DNA of 37,358 nucleotides from UHGV virus genome UHGV-0063828; one strand, given 5' to 3'. The notes beneath the pieces are model-generated. The model did no database searches. It was not told the DNA's origin and worked only from the letters and a program-made list of their open reading frames with translations. How positions within the stretch are numbered: position 1 is the stretch's first letter; each line of letters starts with the position of its first letter. Shown piece by piece: positions 34,360 through 37,358 of this stretch. The DNA is from a virus. A program made the translations under genes and the position numbers.

Positions 34360-36039
34360 TTAAATTCCAAATTCCTGTAATGGACCTGGTATTTCCTCTT
34401 CTGGTTTCCAGTTCTTATCTGTCAGCATGTCTAAACATGGATGCAAAACAAGCCCGTTACTTTCCAGAATCTGCCTATCATTGATAGTTTTCAAATCAAT
34501 GAATATCCGGCCTTTCCTCGTTCCTCTTGAATTTTCTATTACAACTCTCTGGGTTTTTCCATCGATGTATTCCAGTACAAACAAGTTTTTGTTTCTGTCA
34601 ATCCTGCTACACCCGATCCGCTTTAGAGCTTGCTTAATCTTAAACCGGACCTTTAGTCGTTCCTCGTTGTAAACATCTTCTAAATCAAATTCTGCGAGCT
34701 TCTCCCAGCCTTGAGAGTCAACAGAATACATTTCCTCTTCTGCCATCTTGATCTGATTGTAGAGTGTTTCACGCTCGCTATTGAGGGTAGTAATCTGATC
34801 GGCTAGTTCCTTCGTTGCTCCTGTCATAGCAGAAAGGGCAATCAGGTTATCAATCTTGCGTGATATCTCATCAACCTGTACTTTCAACGCCGGAACCGGA
34901 TTAGCCTTATCCTCAGCAATCCAGATTTTATCAGCCAGCAATTGCAATACAGCTTTCTCTAATTGATCACCTCGAAAACTCCAGTTTGGATGCTCGCAAT
35001 CAAGTCTACGTGAACGGGTCGCATCACATGTATAACGATACTGGTCAGAACGTTTGTTCGTTCCCTTCACTTTAACCATAGCGCAACCGCAATGATCACA
35101 TTTCAATAGGCCAATACCACTAAGCAGGGGGATCGGTTTAACTTCTTCCTTGTCTCCAAAGTTCCATGCTCTAGCACCAATATTTTTCTTAAGGTGATAG
35201 AACGTAGCATCATCAATAACACGAGGGTAATAATCCTTTAACTCATAGTTAACGCCATCTACAGAGACCTCCTTGATACCAATCAAAGCGCGGGTATGAA
35301 ACAACCTTTCAACCATTGCCCGTGACCATTTTGAATGCTTCTTATTACTAACCGCTGGTGGTGGTGCATATGTCTCGTTAAGGTGATCCAGTATTTCGGC
35401 GGTTGAACGTCCATTCTTCCGTAATTCCACAATCTCCTGAACAACAGGGAAGAAGACCGGATGAGGCAACACATAACCGGAAGTGGTATCAGTCCACCAC
35501 ATATTCTTTCCAACTTCCTCGATTGCCACTGCCGGATTCTGGGGATTTTCTTGATGGGCTTTAATCTTAATCAGTGCGCTTGAGTTAGTACGATTGCGCT
35601 TAGTCTGGCTTTCCTCATTACCACGGATGAATAAAAGGATGGAGAACATCAGGTCCATCGGATTAGCGGTAACAGTATCCAGCGAGTAGATCTTGTTATC
35701 CATGCCAGTAACAATGGTTATCCCCCTACGGATTATTGAAAGGAATAACTCCTGCGCACTGACAATATCGGCACGGGATAAACGGTCCAAGTTTTCAATG
35801 AATAGCCAGCTACCAACAGGAACGGATCTACCAATTGCATCAAGGAAACGAGATAGCGCCCCTGTTTTAGAGTTAGCACCTTTAAACGCAGATACACCCA
35901 GATCCTGATAATCATTTACCAGTTCTAAGTCATACTTTGCCGCAATCTCTCTCGCCATCCTGATTTGTCGTTCATAACTCGAACCATCACTCTGACGCAT
36001 AGACGAGAAGCGAATATACGAATACAGTTTAGTTTTCAT
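34360..36039 (-). CDS. Large serine recombinase (integrase)
   Basis: N-terminal resolvase-type catalytic domain (YSYIRFSSMRQ, ENLDRLSR); cysteine-rich zinc ribbon (CDHCGC...YTCDA...CEH); C-terminal coiled coil; ~559 aa from ATG at 36039. Confidence 0.85.
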   Translation of the reverse strand: MKTKLYSYIRFSSMRQSDGSSYERQIRMAREIAAKYDLELVNDYQDLGVSAFKGANSKTGALSRFLDAIGRSVPVGSWLFIENLDRLSRADIVSAQELFLSIIRRGITIVTGMDNKIYSLDTVTANPMDLMFSILLFIRGNEESQTKRNRTNSSALIKIKAHQENPQNPAVAIEEVGKNMWWTDTTSGYVLPHPVFFPVVQEIVELRKNGRSTAEILDHLNETYAPPPAVSNKKHSKWSRAMVERLFHTRALIGIKEVSVDGVNYELKDYYPRVIDDATFYHLKKNIGARAWNFGDKEEVKPIPLLSGIGLLKCDHCGCAMVKVKGTNKRSDQYRYTCDATRSRRLDCEHPNWSFRGDQLEKAVLQLLADKIWIAEDKANPVPALKVQVDEISRKIDNLIALSAMTGATKELADQITTLNSERETLYNQIKMAEEEMYSVDSQGWEKLAEFDLEDVYNEERLKVRFKIKQALKRIGCSRIDRNKNLFVLEYIDGKTQRVVIENSRGTRKGRIFIDLKTINDRQILESNGLVLHPCLDMLTDKNWKPEEEIPGPLQEFGI

Positions 36040-36051
36040 ACCATTTCCAAA

Positions 36052-36088
36052 CAAAAACGCCCCTACCGTGTATTATAACGATAGGGGC
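36052..36088 (-). terminator. Minus-strand terminator between secreted-protein gene and integrase start; loop contains TATAAT
   Basis: On minus strand GCCCCTA...TAGGGGC stem followed by GTTTTTGTTT; candidate integrase promoter overlaps. Confidence 0.45.
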
Positions 36089-36104
36089 ATTGGTTAGTAA
36101 GTCA

Positions 36105-36350
36105 TTAATATTTCTTTCCAGTTAGTTTTGCATCACGTTTATTAATATCCTCGATATGACTCCATACACACGCAGTAATAAAGTCGTCATCGTCACCAAC
36201 TCCGGCAATCTGTGCTAATTCAGTACACAGTTGATTTAAAGAAGGTGCAACGGCAGCACGCTTGACACTATCACCCTGTACATATTGATCCGCATTAGCA
36301 GCACCCACCAAACCCAGAGCAAGAACAACACCAGCGATAATCTTTTTCAT
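36105..36350 (-). CDS. Small secreted protein (81 aa) with signal peptide
   Basis: AAGAGGAAA SD; N-terminal MKKIIAGVVLALGLVGAANA signal-like sequence; DDDD motif and two Cys in mature part. Confidence 0.55.
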   Translation of the reverse strand: MKKIIAGVVLALGLVGAANADQYVQGDSVKRAAVAPSLNQLCTELAQIAGVGDDDDFITACVWSHIEDINKRDAKLTGKKY

Positions 36351-36395
36351 AGTAGAATTTCCTCTTGTTATTTGAATTACGATATATTTATATCG

Positions 36396-36521
36396 TTAAA
36401 AATTGATGCTAATTACCAGACCAAACACAACCGCACCAATCAAATCAATCCAGTTAATACACAATCCGCTATATTCTTTCTTGAATGTCTTAGATGAAAT
36501 GCCATCATGAAATTGTTTCAT
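36396..36521 (-). CDS. Small membrane peptide (41 aa)
   Basis: Manual translation MKQFHDGISSKTFKKEYSGLCINWIDLIGAVVFGLVISINF; GGGG-rich SD overlapping upstream peptide stop; C-terminal TM helix. Confidence 0.35.
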   Translation of the reverse strand: MKQFHDGISSKTFKKEYSGLCINWIDLIGAVVFGLVISINF

Positions 36522-36524
36522 TGC

Positions 36525-36605
36525 TCACCCCATACTAACGACAATATAAGAAAGGCTGATCATAGTTGTGAGACTACCTCCCACGAATGAGATAAAAGCT
36601 AACAT
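36525..36605 (-). CDS. Small hydrophobic peptide (26 aa)
   Basis: Manual translation MLAFISFVGGSLTTMISLSYIVVSMG; GGAGAA SD 6 nt before ATG; directly after a hairpin terminator. Confidence 0.3.
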   Translation of the reverse strand: MLAFISFVGGSLTTMISLSYIVVSMG

Positions 36606-36620
36606 GTTTGATTCTCCATT

Positions 36621-36647
36621 TAAAAAGCGGTGGGAATTGCACCCACC
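36621..36647 (-). terminator. Minus-strand terminator/attenuator hairpin preceding the small-peptide ORFs
   Basis: On minus strand GGTGGGTGCAATTCCCACC followed by GCTTTTTAAA, then the SD of the 26 aa ORF. Confidence 0.5.
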
Positions 36648-36657
36648 AAATTAGAAA

Positions 36658-36927
36658 TTACTTCTTGCTAATAAACTCTTTGTAGATAAAATCTAAGACT
36701 TCCTTTAACTTCTTATCGGTGTCAATCATCACCGGAAGTTCTTCTTTAATATCGCGAGGAAGATACACATTACCTTTCCAGAACAAGCAACCACATTGAG
36801 CAATCGAATAGCTGAACATCCATTCACAATCTTGTTCTATCTCCCAGAATCTAACCTGCTCATCTTCGAGTTGAAGTTCGATTCCACGGCGGCGAGCATA
36901 GTTATGGATTGCTTTGGTAATGTTCAT
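36658..36927 (-). CDS. Hypothetical protein (89 aa) abutting attR
   Basis: GAGAGGATA SD; start lies ~30 bp from the host junction, so its promoter must lie in host DNA in the integrated state. Confidence 0.5.
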   Translation of the reverse strand: MNITKAIHNYARRRGIELQLEDEQVRFWEIEQDCEWMFSYSIAQCGCLFWKGNVYLPRDIKEELPVMIDTDKKLKEVLDFIYKEFISKK

Positions 36928-36939
36928 CGTTGTATCCTC

Positions 36940-36975
36940 TCGTGTTATTGTGGGTACATGATATTAGGGAATCCC
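36940..36975. other. Approximate prophage-host junction (attR) inside ycdX
   Basis: Phage gene SD at 36928-36936; YcdX-like coding sequence recognisable from ~36966 (GGGAATCCCAAATATGAAAT); exact crossover cannot be set without the uninterrupted host allele. Confidence 0.55.
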
Positions 36976-37308
36976 AAATATGAAATAGATGTGAAAGCCG
37001 TTGCTGAAGCAGCCGCGAAACATCAGGTGGCGCTGGAAATCAATAATTCTTCATTTTTACACTCACGTAAGGGCAGTGAAGACAACTGTCGTGCGGTAGC
37101 CGCAGCGGTACGTGATGCTGGAGGTTGGGTGGCATTAGGCTCGGATTCTCACACCGCGTTTACCATGGGGGAATTTGAAGAGTGTCTTAAAATCCTCGAC
37201 GCGGTAGATTTTCCGCCAGAGCGCATTTTGAATGTTTCGCCGCGCCGCTTACTGAACTTCCTTGAATCTCGCGGTATGGCACCGATTGCGGAATTTGCAG
37301 ACCTTTAA
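36961..37308 (+). pseudogene. ycdX: 3' remnant of host PHP-family phosphoesterase gene ycdX, truncated by prophage insertion
   Basis: Translation [32 protein letters not shown]...PIAEFADL matches the YcdX C-terminus as recalled; the upstream part of the track ORF (36796-36960) is phage-derived read-in. Confidence 0.7.
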
Positions 37309-37331
37309 TTACTAGTAATGGAAATATATTA

Positions 37332-37358
37332 ATGAACGAGTTTTCTATCCTCTGTCGT
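37332..37358 (+). CDS. ycdY: 5' end of host ycdY-like gene (partial, continues beyond window)
   Basis: ATG followed by NEFSILCR, matching the remembered YcdY N-terminus; located just after the ycdX stop. Confidence 0.5.

Larger units (their letters stand above)
1..36960. mobile_element. Integrated prophage, right-hand portion; left boundary lies outside the window, right boundary approx 36940-36975
   Basis: Contiguous phage modules (terminase, portal, capsid, tail, lysis-like, serine integrase) followed from ~36961 by sequence encoding the C-terminal part of a YcdX-like PHP protein and then a YcdY-like start. Confidence 0.8.

Noticed and set aside
36796-37308. 170 aa plus-strand ORF spanning the phage-host junction
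   Set aside because: Chimeric frame: the N-terminal 55 codons are antisense to the phage 89 aa gene and only the region from ~36961 is ycdX-derived; treated as a truncated host gene, not an intact fusion gene

Overview
This window is the right-hand ~37 kb of an integrated, temperate siphovirus-like prophage, ending at an attR junction inside the host ycdX gene (ycdX 3' remnant from ~36961, ycdY start at 37332; both recognised from memory, not searched). Left to right: a Nu1-like small-terminase candidate; a ~6 kb early/regulatory island (membrane protein, small HTH regulator, a 1.3 kb repeat-rich non-coding region with a TTGCCCCTGAA iteron array, acidic early protein, Rha-family antirepressor); a lambda gpA-like large terminase; portal; a single ORF fusing prohead protease, scaffold and HK97-fold capsid; connector genes; a side tail fibre with C-terminal self-cleaving chaperone followed by three tandem paralogous small genes; major tail protein, chaperones, tape measure, tail-tip genes and a gpI-gpJ-like central fibre; a lysis-like region with an M15 peptidase; a UvsW-like helicase coupled to zinc-ribbon/T5orf172 genes; a large serine integrase; and small membrane/secreted protein genes next to attR. 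The best candidates for an undescribed system are the helicase/T5orf172 module, the triplicated post-fibre genes, and the iteron-rich non-coding region. All calls rest on reading the sequence and ORF track plus remembered family signatures; no database search was possible.
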